Positions 1 through 12,180 of a stretch of 64,000 nt of DNA are shown here, piece by piece. Positions within the stretch are counted from its first letter, which is position 1. Each line of letters begins with the position of its first letter. The DNA is from Akkermansiaceae bacterium (GTDB taxonomy: Bacteria > Verrucomicrobiota > Verrucomicrobiia > Verrucomicrobiales > Akkermansiaceae). A program made the position numbers and the translations under genes. The notes beneath the pieces were generated by a model, which was not told the DNA's origin, did no database searches, and saw only the letters and a list, made by a program, of their open reading frames with translations. The stretch lies in NCBI GenBank assembly GCA_051251915.1, contig JBPOGF010000019.1:36126-100125 (forward strand), in the 5' to 3' direction.

Positions 1-654
1 TATAAGGGGAATAAATGGCACTTCATGAATAAGAATGCAGCCTTTGTGGATGCTCTTGCTAAAAAGGGAGTGAGCCAAATGTTTGTTCATTATGCATGTG
101 ATCCAGATACCTCCGTGAACGGCTCATTGAAGTTATGGACTGGTGGTGTTTATAAAGACAAGTTTTCTGGTAACCCATTCTGGACACTAAAATCAATCCT
201 TGAAAAACATCCGATTAATCAAGGAGTGAAGCAATACACTCTGAATGAGGAATGGTATCTTAAAATGGATTTTGAGAAGATTCCTTTGAAAGGGTATGAC
301 GCGGCGACTGTCGGTGAGGTGCATTCTGTTATGTCTGGTGAGAATGTGGATAAGAAGGCAGGCAAGAATAAGAAGTTTAATAATGCGGTGAAAAATGATG
401 ATGGTTCAGCCACAGTAGTCTTCTGGGCGAAGGAATCAGCGAATGGTTGCCGAGGGATCGCGGTGACAGGAGCTCACTATCACACGACTTGGGCTAATGA
501 TGATTTTCGTAAGCAAGTGCTTAATAGTGTGAATTGGGGGCTAAAGCTTTCTGTGCCGGAAACTGGTATAGATAGTCCTGCGATTACTGAGGAACAGCTG
601 AATCAAAACCTTGATATACGCAAACCTAAACAGAAGGCTCTTAAACTCAAATAA
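1..654 (+). CDS. ThuA-like (class I glutamine amidotransferase-like) domain protein, 5'-truncated by the window edge
   Basis: Frame is open from base 1 (YKGNKWHF before the listed Met). Motifs HYACD, HPINQGVKQYTLNEEWY and GRG-like CRGIAVTGAHYHTTWANDDFRKQVLN resemble PVC ThuA-domain proteins. Confidence 0.65.
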   Translation, partial: YKGNKWHFMNKNAAFVDALAKKGVSQMFVHYACDPDTSVNGSLKLWTGGVYKDKFSGNPFWTLKSILEKHPINQGVKQYTLNEEWYLKMDFEKIPLKGYDAATVGEVHSVMSGENVDKKAGKNKKFNNAVKNDDGSATVVFWAKESANGCRGIAVTGAHYHTTWANDDFRKQVLNSVNWGLKLSVPETGIDSPAITEEQLNQNLDIRKPKQKALKLK

Positions 655-693
655 TTTACTTCCAACAGTATATTTAATATAATACCTAATACC

Positions 694-2682
694 ATGATTT
701 TAAAATATTCAATTATCGCAACGGCTATTTTTACGGCAGTTGTTTCACCTGTCGCGGCTCAGAAGAAAAAAGGCAAGGCGAAGAAGGAAAAACCAGTAAA
801 GCACAAGGTGGTGCATGCACATAGAATGCATCCGTTTTTCGCGCTTGAGGGCATCAATATGGATGGGGTAGAGAACCTGAAGGTGGGTGGTATGTGTTTC
901 CATGAAGGATCACTTTATGTTGTTACTTTTTCTCCTGATAGAACGAATAAAAGTCCGGATCATAATGGCAAGCTGATCCGTGTAGATAACCTTGCTAATG
1001 GCGGTGAGCCAAAGCTAACTATTCTGTGTGAGGGATTCTACGAGCCCGCTGCGGTGGGGGTTGTTGGTAAGAGTATTTATGTGGGAACGAAGACACAATT
1101 TCTTCGTTTCACTGATGGCATCGGCAAAGATAAATTAGATATCAAGTCTGCAACTGTGATGCTCGATGGTACCTCTACGATTAATTTTCACACTTATACG
1201 ATTGGTTTTGAGCCATACATGAAGGATGGGAAACAATACCTCTGCGGGAACTTCACCACCGCTATTCTGCTAGGTGGAAAGCGTGATGTGATGATCCCAC
1301 CCAATAAGGACGTTCATCGTGGTTCTACTTTTGTTTTTGGGCCCGTCACTGGTTCAGAGAGTCCTGAAAGTGTTTCTATAGAGTATATAGCTGGTGGTTA
1401 CAGAACTCCAAACGGGATCGAAGTAGGGCCAGACAATGAAGTTTATGTTGCGGATAATCAGGGGATTTTCAATCCATCTAACAAGTTGATCCGCTTAACT
1501 CCTGGCTCTTTCTACGGGCATTATCTTCGTACCAAAAATGGCAAGGCTTCAGCGTTTCAGCCTAAGGATGTGAATGCGGAAGCTGGTGATGTGAAGCAAA
1601 TGACTCCACCTACTTTGCATTTGCCACAAGAAATAGTGGCGAGATCACCATCTCAACCACATGTGATCCACGACCGTAAGGGGATTTTGGCTCCTTATAA
1701 CGGGCAGATTCTTCTCGGTGATTTCACGACTGGGCAGATCTTGAGAGCATCGTTAGAAGAGGTAGAGGGAACTTGGCAGGGAGTGGTCTTTAAGCACACT
1801 TCAGGAAAGTCTGATAAAAATGGGGATAACGGTCTACATGGAGGACCGAACAGAATACTCGAAGGTCCTGATGGGAATTATTACATTGGGGAGATTGGTG
1901 CGGGTAGATTATGGGAATTCAATGGGGCTCAATACGGCTTGCAGCGCTTACGTGTGAAGCAAGCGGGTGAGGTTCCAGCTGATTTTAATGAGATTCTCAA
2001 CGTGAAAGCATGTGAAGGAGGATTCGAGCTAGAGTTTCTCAAGCCGATAGATCCGAAGCTGATCTCAGTAAAAGATATTAATGTGATGCAGTGGACGTAT
2101 CATCCGACTCCTAATTACGGTGGTCCGCAGATTGCTCCCGAGCGATTGGCAGCGACTAAGCTTAACTTTGATGAGTCTGGCAAGAAGGCGGTTTTGATCA
2201 TTGATGGTTTGAAAGATGGGTCTGATATTGTTGGTCAGGGCAAGAAAACAAACCACAATAGTGGCTGGGTTGTTCAGATTGGATTTGATCCTAAGAAGAA
2301 TGGGAAGTCAGTGTTATACACGAAAGAATTTTGGTACACGATGCATAAACGTGTGGGTGAGAAGAAAGACGCTGTTGTTATTCAGATTGATAAGAACGAG
2401 CAGTCTGAGATGAAATTTAAGAGTCTCTGTATGGCTTGTCACCGTGAGAATGATGGCGGCTGGGGTGCACCTAATCTGGTTGGGATACTAGGTCGTAAGC
2501 AGACTGTCATCCGTGATGGTAAGGAAGTAAAAGTTACCGTGGACGAAGCTTATATGCTGAATGCAATTATGAACCCGATGGCTGAGAAACCTAAGAAGTT
2601 TAAGGATGCAGTAATGGCTGATCCAGGGTTGGATAAAGAACAGGCTCTAGAAATGATCGATTACATTAAGTCATTGAAGTGA
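694..2682 (+). CDS. Secreted beta-propeller (sugar/sorbosone dehydrogenase-like) protein with C-terminal cytochrome c domain
   Basis: Signal peptide, propeller motifs GYRTPNG/DNQG and GGPNRI, and a heme-binding CMACH followed by APNLVGI...M. Confidence 0.7.
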   Translation: MILKYSIIATAIFTAVVSPVAAQKKKGKAKKEKPVKHKVVHAHRMHPFFALEGINMDGVENLKVGGMCFHEGSLYVVTFSPDRTNKSPDHNGKLIRVDNLANGGEPKLTILCEGFYEPAAVGVVGKSIYVGTKTQFLRFTDGIGKDKLDIKSATVMLDGTSTINFHTYTIGFEPYMKDGKQYLCGNFTTAILLGGKRDVMIPPNKDVHRGSTFVFGPVTGSESPESVSIEYIAGGYRTPNGIEVGPDNEVYVADNQGIFNPSNKLIRLTPGSFYGHYLRTKNGKASAFQPKDVNAEAGDVKQMTPPTLHLPQEIVARSPSQPHVIHDRKGILAPYNGQILLGDFTTGQILRASLEEVEGTWQGVVFKHTSGKSDKNGDNGLHGGPNRILEGPDGNYYIGEIGAGRLWEFNGAQYGLQRLRVKQAGEVPADFNEILNVKACEGGFELEFLKPIDPKLISVKDINVMQWTYHPTPNYGGPQIAPERLAATKLNFDESGKKAVLIIDGLKDGSDIVGQGKKTNHNSGWVVQIGFDPKKNGKSVLYTKEFWYTMHKRVGEKKDAVVIQIDKNEQSEMKFKSLCMACHRENDGGWGAPNLVGILGRKQTVIRDGKEVKVTVDEAYMLNAIMNPMAEKPKKFKDAVMADPGLDKEQALEMIDYIKSLK

Positions 2683-2732
2683 GTTTTAAGATTTAAATTT
2701 TAGGATTTAAATCTTAGGTGTTAAGTGAAAAG

Positions 2733-2771
2733 AAAAGACCGTATTGGCTGGGTGGCTAATACGGTCTTTTT
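2733..2771. terminator. Bidirectional intrinsic terminator
   Basis: AAAAGACCGTATTGGC-loop-GCTAATACGGTCTTTT between convergent genes. Confidence 0.8.
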
Positions 2772-2799
2772 GATTTTGTTAGAGTAATGGTTTACTGGA

Positions 2800-5091
<2,292 letters not shown>

Positions 5092-5126
5092 CTAGGGGAT
5101 GTTAGAGGGTGGGGTGGATAATTATA

Positions 5127-5546
5127 TTACTTATCTAGATTTTTTTTAATGCGTTCTTCTGGGGTGTCTTTCCACATAAAGAGAGATTTGAAGATGCCGA
5201 CTATGCCACTAGGTTCATGCATTTCTTGGGTAATCTCAATAGCGGCTTCATCGCGGATGTCAGTGCCTTCAAGTTCAGCTTGATAGTCGCTTACTAACTT
5301 ACTGAGGCTATCGTCGCCTTCCATAAGTCTAATTTTACCGAGTTTAGCGTACATCCGCATGTTGTCGACTTGGTTACGTATGGTGGTCCAATGATCGACT
5401 TGCTCTGTGCTGAGGGTTTTTTCAAATGTGTCCATTTCAGTTTGTAGTAGTAGGTCACGCTCTAACAATTTTTTAGCGTTACTCTCCATGTCGTCTTTGA
5501 GATGGGCTTCTATTTCTTTGCAGATGTTAATATATTTTTCTTTCAT
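5127..5546 (-). CDS. Hypothetical helical protein
   Basis: 139-aa ORF with natural composition, same orientation as neighbours; no family recognised. Confidence 0.6.
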   Translation of the reverse strand: MKEKYINICKEIEAHLKDDMESNAKKLLERDLLLQTEMDTFEKTLSTEQVDHWTTIRNQVDNMRMYAKLGKIRLMEGDDSLSKLVSDYQAELEGTDIRDEAAIEITQEMHEPSGIVGIFKSLFMWKDTPEERIKKNLDK

Positions 5547-5620
5547 AATAGACTCTATTCTAAACGATCATTGCGTCATCACAAGTAGTTTCTAGTATCA
5601 TTCTAGACGGGTATAGGCAC

Positions 5621-5657
5621 AAAAAAAGCCACGAACCTGTGATGGTTAGTGGCTTTT
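5621..5657 (-). terminator. Intrinsic terminator
   Basis: AAAAAAAGCCAC...GTGGCTTTT hairpin downstream of the 5692-6456 gene. Confidence 0.7.
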
Positions 5658-5691
5658 GTGTATTTGATAATAGAGGTTTGAAATGAAATGT

Positions 5692-6456
5692 TTATTTCTT
5701 GAGTTCGGCCTGCTGAGTGGTGGCTTGCTCTACGAGCTTGCGGATGTATTTGGCGGGGATGGTGACTGGTGGTGTTGCTTGACCTTTAGTTGCGGATGGC
5801 TTGGTGACGGTGATGCCAACGAATTCTCCAGCATCGTTAAATGATGGGGCGCTCATGGCTGCATTGATGATTTGGTAGAGCTTGCGTGGCTTCTCTAGAA
5901 TGGCCGAAACGGTGCCTTGAGTTACGGCGCTCTGATAACGGAAATGGGCTGCGTAACGTGAGATGTTGATGGTTTCATCGAGATGCTGAAGTTCTACGTC
6001 CTTTGAGATGTCGACGACTTGGTCTTTCCAGTTGGCTGCGTTTTCTCCTTTAGGGTCTAGTGCGATGTAGGCGAGTCCGAGGTCTTCATCATGGAGTACG
6101 AGTTTGGCGTCAAATTCTTCGCCGGCGGCATTGATGAGCTTAAGCCCTTCGATTTCCTTGGTGATTTCGATGTTAGGCATATTACCTCCTACATTGGGGC
6201 TGATGGATGCGTAGGCTGCTACGAGGAGGCCTTCACCGATGTTGGTAGCATTTGACCAGACTTGAGCTTCTTGGTTTTTAACTTGGCCTTGAACTGTGGC
6301 TGTGATTTTAAGGATTCCTTTAACGCCGAAGACTGATCCTTTGTTAGAGTTGTATATTTCACGCTTAGCAGCTGTATCAGCGGCGAAGGTGGGGGAGATA
6401 GCTCCTAAGCTGAGGCTGGTGATGGCTAGTAGTTTGATTAGTTTTGTTGGTTTCAT
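5692..6456 (-). CDS. Secreted trypsin-like fold protein with degenerate catalytic motifs
   Basis: Signal peptide. FDAKLVLHDEDLGLAYI and PSFNDAGEFVGIT align with trypsin-like peptidase blocks, but the His and GNSGG motifs are missing. Confidence 0.6.
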   Translation of the reverse strand: MKPTKLIKLLAITSLSLGAISPTFAADTAAKREIYNSNKGSVFGVKGILKITATVQGQVKNQEAQVWSNATNIGEGLLVAAYASISPNVGGNMPNIEITKEIEGLKLINAAGEEFDAKLVLHDEDLGLAYIALDPKGENAANWKDQVVDISKDVELQHLDETINISRYAAHFRYQSAVTQGTVSAILEKPRKLYQIINAAMSAPSFNDAGEFVGITVTKPSATKGQATPPVTIPAKYIRKLVEQATTQQAELKK

Positions 6457-6492
6457 AATTTGATTGAAAACGGTTTGTTGTTAGATGGGTGG

Positions 6493-8595
6493 TTATTTTT
6501 TCCAGATGGGATGAATTTCTAAGAATTGGGTGAATTCACCGCGCTTGACGAAGAGAACGACGTAATCTTGCTGTTCTTTTTCGACAAGTTCTAGTTCTTT
6601 TTCTATCATCGCGAGGTCGGTGACTTCTTTATTGTTGATGGAGAGGATGACATCGCCAGCGTGGAGTCCTGCGAGTGATGCCCAACCTGCGGTTTCTACG
6701 GCTTGGACGAAGATGCCTTTTTGGTGCTCGGCTTCTTTGGCGTCGGCTTTTGATAGTTCGCGGAGTGTGATCTCTAGCACGTGGTTGACTACTTTGTCGA
6801 ATTCTTTAGCTGGTTTTGGTGTGGGTTCGAGTTCGCATTTTATTTCGATTACTTTTTTGTCTCGGTAGATCTCGAAGCTGACGGTCTCATCGGCGGGGTA
6901 TTCGCGGATCATGGAGTTGAAGATATTGGCATCGCGCTCGCGCTCTACTGGGATGACGGCTCCATCTAGTTTGAGGATGATGTCGCCTTGCATGATGCCG
7001 GCTTTGTGGGCGTTAGATTGTGGGATGACTTGGGTGACGCGGACGCCTTTTTTACCAGCAAGGTTTAAGATAGTGGCGAGTTCGCGGGTTAGGACCTGGG
7101 TGTCGATGCCTACCCAGGCTTTCTGAGCGGCGGTGGATTGCGAGGTGCTGGGTTGCTTGTTGATGTCTACTACGGTGGCTAGAAATTGGTTATCGCGTTC
7201 AAATTCTACCATTGCTTTTGCCTGTGACTGGCCATCTGGGGTGAGGTTAGAGGTAAGTTTTTGGAGTTGGGCGAGATCTTTGATGGACTCGCCATTGACT
7301 TTGAGTATGAGGTCGCCGGGGGCGATGGCTGGTTTTGCGGCGGCTGATGGTCCGGTTTTGCTTACGGATGATACGAGCACGCCATCGGTTTTGCTGCGAG
7401 TTTTGCTTTCTTTGCGGTTGAGTGCGCTGCGGGGAGTGAGGTCTCTGGCTGTGACGCCCCACTCGCGGATGGCGATGTCTTCACTGAGTGCCTTGGAGCG
7501 TTCGATGGTGGTGAGTTTGGTGGTGGATTCTTTTCCGTCACGGATGAATTTGATGCTGACTTCTTTTCCGACTGCTGTGCCTAGTTCGACTTTGTTGTAG
7601 AGTGGTAGATGTTCTGGGGCGGTGGCGGTGATTGGGATGCCATCGAACTCGGTGATGATGTCGCCAGGTTTGAGTCCGGCGGTTTCAGCTGGAGATTTTT
7701 CTAGGACAGTGGCTACTAGGACGCCGGATTGCTGGTCGCCAGAGATGAGGATGGGTTGAGGGAATATGCCTGTCCATGAGCGGCGAACGGTGCCGTTTTT
7801 GATGAGTTCGCTGGAGACGTATTTGGCGATGTCTGCGGGGATGGCGCCACCGAGTGAGCCGAGGCCTATTTCGTTGATGCCGATGATTTCGCCTTTAAGG
7901 TTCACGAGTGGTCCGCCGCTGTTGCCGAAGTAGATGACGGCATCATGGCCGATCCAGCGGACGAGGTCGCCTACGCGTTCACCAGCTTGCCTAGAGCCTC
8001 CACCGTTACCGGGGATGATCATTTCTAAGTTAGCAACAACGCCGAGGGTGACGGACTGGGATACACCTGCGGGGGAGCCCATGGCGAGGACTGAGTCGCC
8101 TACGTTGAGGGTTTGGAAGTCTCCGAATTTTGCGACGTTGAGTGGCTTTAGGGAGTCTGGGATTTGGTCGAGATTGAGCTTGAGGATGCAGAGGTCCGTT
8201 TGTGGGTCAGTGCCTATGAGGGTGGCGTCTACTTTGAGTTTATTTGAGAGGCGGACCCAGATGCGGGTGCCTTCTCCGGCGACGTGATGGTTGGTGAGGA
8301 CGTAGCCTTCTGGGTGGATGATGGTGCCTGAACCGGTGCTGCCGGTTTTGAGCATTCTTCCATCTTTGGGTTCCTCGCTGACTACGTGGATGCGGACGAG
8401 TGCTGGGTATACTTTGGCGATGGCGGCGTCTATTTTTGCTTGGTCTGCACTGCTGTTGACACGGATTTTTGTTTCGGTTGTAGGTGTGTTAATGTCTATG
8501 ATTTTTGCCATCGGGTTTTGCTGGGCAAATGTTGGGAGAGTGATGGATCCGAGAGCTAGACTGGTGAGGAGGGGTTTGAGTGCGGGGTATTTCAT
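6493..8595 (-). CDS. HtrA/DegP-family serine protease with multiple PDZ domains
   Basis: GSGTII, TNHHV, DPQTDL and GNSGGPL triad motifs, then about four PDZ-like repeats (AGLKPGDII, IAPGDLI, AGIMQGDII, AGLHAGDVI). Confidence 0.9.
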   Translation of the reverse strand: MKYPALKPLLTSLALGSITLPTFAQQNPMAKIIDINTPTTETKIRVNSSADQAKIDAAIAKVYPALVRIHVVSEEPKDGRMLKTGSTGSGTIIHPEGYVLTNHHVAGEGTRIWVRLSNKLKVDATLIGTDPQTDLCILKLNLDQIPDSLKPLNVAKFGDFQTLNVGDSVLAMGSPAGVSQSVTLGVVANLEMIIPGNGGGSRQAGERVGDLVRWIGHDAVIYFGNSGGPLVNLKGEIIGINEIGLGSLGGAIPADIAKYVSSELIKNGTVRRSWTGIFPQPILISGDQQSGVLVATVLEKSPAETAGLKPGDIITEFDGIPITATAPEHLPLYNKVELGTAVGKEVSIKFIRDGKESTTKLTTIERSKALSEDIAIREWGVTARDLTPRSALNRKESKTRSKTDGVLVSSVSKTGPSAAAKPAIAPGDLILKVNGESIKDLAQLQKLTSNLTPDGQSQAKAMVEFERDNQFLATVVDINKQPSTSQSTAAQKAWVGIDTQVLTRELATILNLAGKKGVRVTQVIPQSNAHKAGIMQGDIILKLDGAVIPVERERDANIFNSMIREYPADETVSFEIYRDKKVIEIKCELEPTPKPAKEFDKVVNHVLEITLRELSKADAKEAEHQKGIFVQAVETAGWASLAGLHAGDVILSINNKEVTDLAMIEKELELVEKEQQDYVVLFVKRGEFTQFLEIHPIWKK

Positions 8596-8656
8596 ATGAA
8601 ATTGATAGGGGGTGATTGGTTACATACTTAGCGGGGCGGGGGGATGAAATTGTCTC

Positions 8657-8694
8657 AAAAAGAACACCCCGAGTCGGTATCGACACGGGGTGTT
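8657..8694 (-). terminator. Intrinsic terminator
   Basis: Minus strand AACACCCCGTGTCG-ATAC-CGACTCGGGGTGTT followed by CTTTTT. Confidence 0.8.
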
Positions 8695-8747
8695 GGTTAG
8701 GTTGTGTGATTTCTTGAGAAGCAAGACGTAGCACTAGAGGTAAGTTT

Positions 8748-9632
8748 TTACTTTTCTCTGGTGAGAGCAAGTTCAGCGAGTTTTTTGGCTTGAGCTGTGA
8801 TCTCTTTTACTTTGGCTTCTGATGGTTCTTCGTCTGGGCCTAGAGTCATGACAATTTTGAGGCCGGAACAAATCTCTCTGATTGCAACGAAGGTTGGTTT
8901 TGCTGAAATGCGGGGTTCGAGCCCTCCGATGGAGCCTTCATAGTAGTCGGCAATGTCTTCTCTGAAGAGCTGGTTAGCGCGCTCCTCGGTGAATTCTTTG
9001 TTTACGGCGGCTGAGGCGCATTCGAGTGCGCGAATCCATCCGCCTAGAGAGATGAGGTGGGCGAGGTCAGCGTCCTTTAGCTGAACGAGTTCTTTTTCGA
9101 CGTCTTTCTGGGTGGCTGAGAGCTCGGTTTTAAGCGCCTCGATGTTCTTTTTCTTGGCGTTTTCTAGGAGTGACTTGGCGTGACGGTTTACACGATCACC
9201 TGCGCCGAGTGCGCGGCCGTATTTAGAGAGTTCCTTGGCGATGGGCTCGATGTCCTCGATGAATCCGTGCTGAACTGCTAAGAAGCCATCCGCGATGAGG
9301 AAGCCAATTTCTAGGGCTAGGTCTGTGCGGCTGAGGGGCATGCGTGCAGGTAGAGCGTGCTGGGTTTCTCTGACTGGCATTGGGGTGAGCTGATCAAGGT
9401 CATCAAAGATGAGGCGGATTGAGGGAGCTGTGAATTCGTTGATTCCGAGTTCTTCGCGAACGTGTGGGTCTTCGATGAGGTCTTTAGGGATTTCTGCGAC
9501 TTCATTATCTTCTACCACAACCTCTGGAGCTGGTTTAGCTGGGGCTTCTGCTTGCTGCGCCATGAGGGTGCTAGGTAAGCTGAGAATAGCGAGAACTGAT
9601 GCTGATAAACTAGTGATAGATGGACTTTTCAT
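8748..9632 (-). CDS. Hypothetical secreted helical protein
   Basis: Probable start MKSPS at 9632, signal peptide ending LMA-QQ, acidic helical body; no family recognised. Confidence 0.7.
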   Translation of the reverse strand: MKSPSITSLSASVLAILSLPSTLMAQQAEAPAKPAPEVVVEDNEVAEIPKDLIEDPHVREELGINEFTAPSIRLIFDDLDQLTPMPVRETQHALPARMPLSRTDLALEIGFLIADGFLAVQHGFIEDIEPIAKELSKYGRALGAGDRVNRHAKSLLENAKKKNIEALKTELSATQKDVEKELVQLKDADLAHLISLGGWIRALECASAAVNKEFTEERANQLFREDIADYYEGSIGGLEPRISAKPTFVAIREICSGLKIVMTLGPDEEPSEAKVKEITAQAKKLAELALTREK

Positions 9633-9677
9633 TGTACATAATAGAGCATAGAAACTACTATTTGGCAATGATAGAAT

Positions 9678-10796
9678 CTATTTGTTGAGGTAGCATCTGG
9701 TGACGCGGCGGGTGATCCTAGTGAGGACTTCCCAGGTGATGGTGCCTGCATTGGCAGCTACTTCTGAGACGCTGATTTGCTTGCCGAATAGTTCGACTTC
9801 ATCGCCTGATTTTGCTTCTGGGAGGGCGCTGACGTCTACCATGATTTGGTCCATGGTTACTCTGCCTATGATGGGACAACGTACGCCGCGGATCATGACA
9901 GTGGCATTTTTGCCAGAGAGTGAGCGAGGGTAACCATCGCCGTAGCCGGCTCCTACAGTGGCGACGCGAGTTGGTTTCTCTAAGAGAACTGATCTGCCGT
10001 AGGATACACCGTGTCCAGCGGGTAGTTCGCGGATGAGGGTAATTTTTGACTTGAGGGTTAATACTGGCTTGAGCTGGTTCTGGAATTTTTCTATGGGAGA
10101 AATTCCGTAGAGCATGAGGCCTGGACGACAGAGATTACAGAGTGATGATTTGTAATCTAGGATTCCTGCAGAGTTTGCGAGGTGGATGTATTTAAAGGGG
10201 TGATTGCAGTTTTCTACGATGCTGCTGAAGGTGTCGAACTGGGAGAGAGTGAACTCACGGTCCTCGTCTGCGGAGGGGAGATGGGAGCCGATGCCATCAA
10301 TGCTGATGTGTTTGAGCTTTAAAATTTCTACCAGAGCTGAGTTGAGGCTGGTGGGGAGGAATCCACCTCTGCCCATGCCGGTGTCGACGGTGATGTGGAC
10401 GGAGAGTGGTGGGTTGCCGGTGGAGCTGTTGAGCAGGTCGAAGTGTTCGGCTTCTTGGATGTTAGAGACTGATGGAATCCAGCGCTGGGCGACTATTTCT
10501 GCACGTTCATCTGCTAAGGTGGGGCCTAGCAGGTAGATGGGAGTTTTAATTCCTGTGCTGGTAAGTCGGCGAGCTTCTATGACGCTTGCTACTCCAAAAA
10601 ATGCGATATTTTCTTGTTCTAGAGCTTTGGCTATTTCCTTACTGCCGTGTCCGTATGCAGCGGCTTTGAGGACAGCCATTACGGACTGTCCTGATGTCTC
10701 ACGAGCTACACTGAGATTATGCTTCAGGGCAGACAGATCTATTTCTGCCCATGTTCTAGGAGGGGAGCTGGCAGGAGGCGTTAGCGGCGCAGGCAT
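9678..10796 (-). CDS. alr: Alanine racemase
   Basis: TWAEIDL, PLP lysine in AVLKAAAYGHG, VDTGMGRGG, GYGDGYPR, GRVTMDQ. Start placed at ATG 10796 to avoid overlapping the upstream gene. Confidence 0.96.
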   Translation of the reverse strand: MPAPLTPPASSPPRTWAEIDLSALKHNLSVARETSGQSVMAVLKAAAYGHGSKEIAKALEQENIAFFGVASVIEARRLTSTGIKTPIYLLGPTLADERAEIVAQRWIPSVSNIQEAEHFDLLNSSTGNPPLSVHITVDTGMGRGGFLPTSLNSALVEILKLKHISIDGIGSHLPSADEDREFTLSQFDTFSSIVENCNHPFKYIHLANSAGILDYKSSLCNLCRPGLMLYGISPIEKFQNQLKPVLTLKSKITLIRELPAGHGVSYGRSVLLEKPTRVATVGAGYGDGYPRSLSGKNATVMIRGVRCPIIGRVTMDQIMVDVSALPEAKSGDEVELFGKQISVSEVAANAGTITWEVLTRITRRVTRCYLNK

Positions 10797-10845
10797 GAGG
10801 TTCTTAATGAGGGAAAGCGGGAGGTTTGTTAACGTTAGGGGAGCG

Positions 10846-11823
10846 TTAATCCTCTCTATAAGTGGTCGGGTTCTTGGTGCGGATGCCTTCGATGAGCCAG
10901 TTGAATAGTTTGTTGATTTCGTCTGAATCGTTGCGGATGGCATCGAGGGCGGTCCAGTCGATGTGATCGCGTTGCACTGGGCTTGCGATACGGTTGATTT
11001 CTAGTCTTTCCATGAGAGCTTCTGTTTCTCTAGGTTGGGCATTGAGGATCTCGGCTGGGCGAGGGAGGTCATCGAGTTGGGTGGAGCTGAGTCCGAAACT
11101 TGTGACACCGACACCAAACTTGGCGTTGAGTCTGCGGTAGGCCTCTGCGAGCGCTTCGTCTTCGATAGGTCCGGCGTAGAAGATCTCGCCAGCATTGGCC
11201 CACTCTGATGAGCTTAGGGCTTGGAAGAAATCTTCACGGAATGAGTGGATGCCGGCTTGGATGTAGAGGCGAGATGCGCTGAGGCGGAATGCTGGCAGTT
11301 GGAGTGTGCTTTTGAGTTGGAAGAGTGGATCTACTTCAAACTGGTCCATGCCGCCTTCCCAGTCGACGAGAACCATTTCGGGGAATTTCCAGAGGTTGCC
11401 GATGGGGGCATTTTCTTGGAATGGTTCTCTGAAGATGAATGGCTGCTTACCATTGACTTCGGCCCAGCGATGTACGACCGCGCGGAATTTTTTCACACGC
11501 ATTAGTGCTATGTCGATGACTTCTTTGTTGGCGCCGAAGTCTTCTAGGCGACCTTGAGATAGGGATAGGATTTCCTTGGCGCTTGAAAGCACAGGAACTG
11601 GAGCTGTGCGTCTATAGTAACCTTGTCCTTTCTCCACCTTGGCGATAGGGGAGCCTGGGTCGCATGACATGATTGAGAAATGGTACCGTAGTGAGGCGTC
11701 TGAGTAGTTCCCCTCGATCCTTAGTCTGATGAGGCGGATGAGTTCAGTTCCTTTGATTGCATCCTTGGGGTTCGCTGGTAGAATGTCTGGTAGTGATGCA
11801 TTAAGTTGTTTTCTGAGGCTCAT
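10846..11823 (-). CDS. HrgA/COG2958-like protein (winged-helix N-terminus, restriction-endonuclease-like C-terminus, probably inactive)
   Basis: FREDFFQALSSSEWANAG and RRLNAKFGVGV match the recalled COG2958 blocks (RESYFQAVSNSSWANEG; RRL..SFGIG). Confidence 0.6.
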   Translation of the reverse strand: MSLRKQLNASLPDILPANPKDAIKGTELIRLIRLRIEGNYSDASLRYHFSIMSCDPGSPIAKVEKGQGYYRRTAPVPVLSSAKEILSLSQGRLEDFGANKEVIDIALMRVKKFRAVVHRWAEVNGKQPFIFREPFQENAPIGNLWKFPEMVLVDWEGGMDQFEVDPLFQLKSTLQLPAFRLSASRLYIQAGIHSFREDFFQALSSSEWANAGEIFYAGPIEDEALAEAYRRLNAKFGVGVTSFGLSSTQLDDLPRPAEILNAQPRETEALMERLEINRIASPVQRDHIDWTALDAIRNDSDEINKLFNWLIEGIRTKNPTTYRED

Positions 11824-12180
11824 AGGATAAATGTGATGGCGGTTGTACGTCGTTAATCTTAAAAAAAATTATTGGTTATAAAATCCTCTAACAGCAAGCT
11901 TGAAGTGATGATTTATAAGAAATATAACTTTAGTTTTTGATGAGAATAAAGGTTCCTAAACTAACCTTTTTATGAATGTGAATAAGTAGGTCTAAAAGCT
12001 TGGGGCAATACTAAAAAAATTAACAAAACTAAGTTGTTAACTTTGCTTAATTAGTTGAAGTTGGTTTTTCTGATTGAGAAACTATTTAAATAATTAATGC
12101 GGCATTTTAAAATACTGTGGACTGAAAATGGTATGGATTTTGTGGGAGGGTGGAGCTGTAAAGGGATGTTTTTTATACGA

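Noticed and set aside
2687..2716. AT-rich palindrome TAAGATTTAAAT...ATTTAAATCTTA
   Set aside because: It lies in a convergent 3' region beside a terminator, is low complexity and has no second copy in the window.
10797..10943. 49-aa N-terminal extension of alanine racemase in the ORF track
   Set aside because: It overlaps the upstream gene by about 100 bp; homology starts just after Met at 10796.
11824..12180. AT-rich 350-bp intergenic region considered as origin, CRISPR leader or ncRNA
   Set aside because: No DnaA-box cluster, repeat-spacer array or stable structure is visible; most simply a promoter region.
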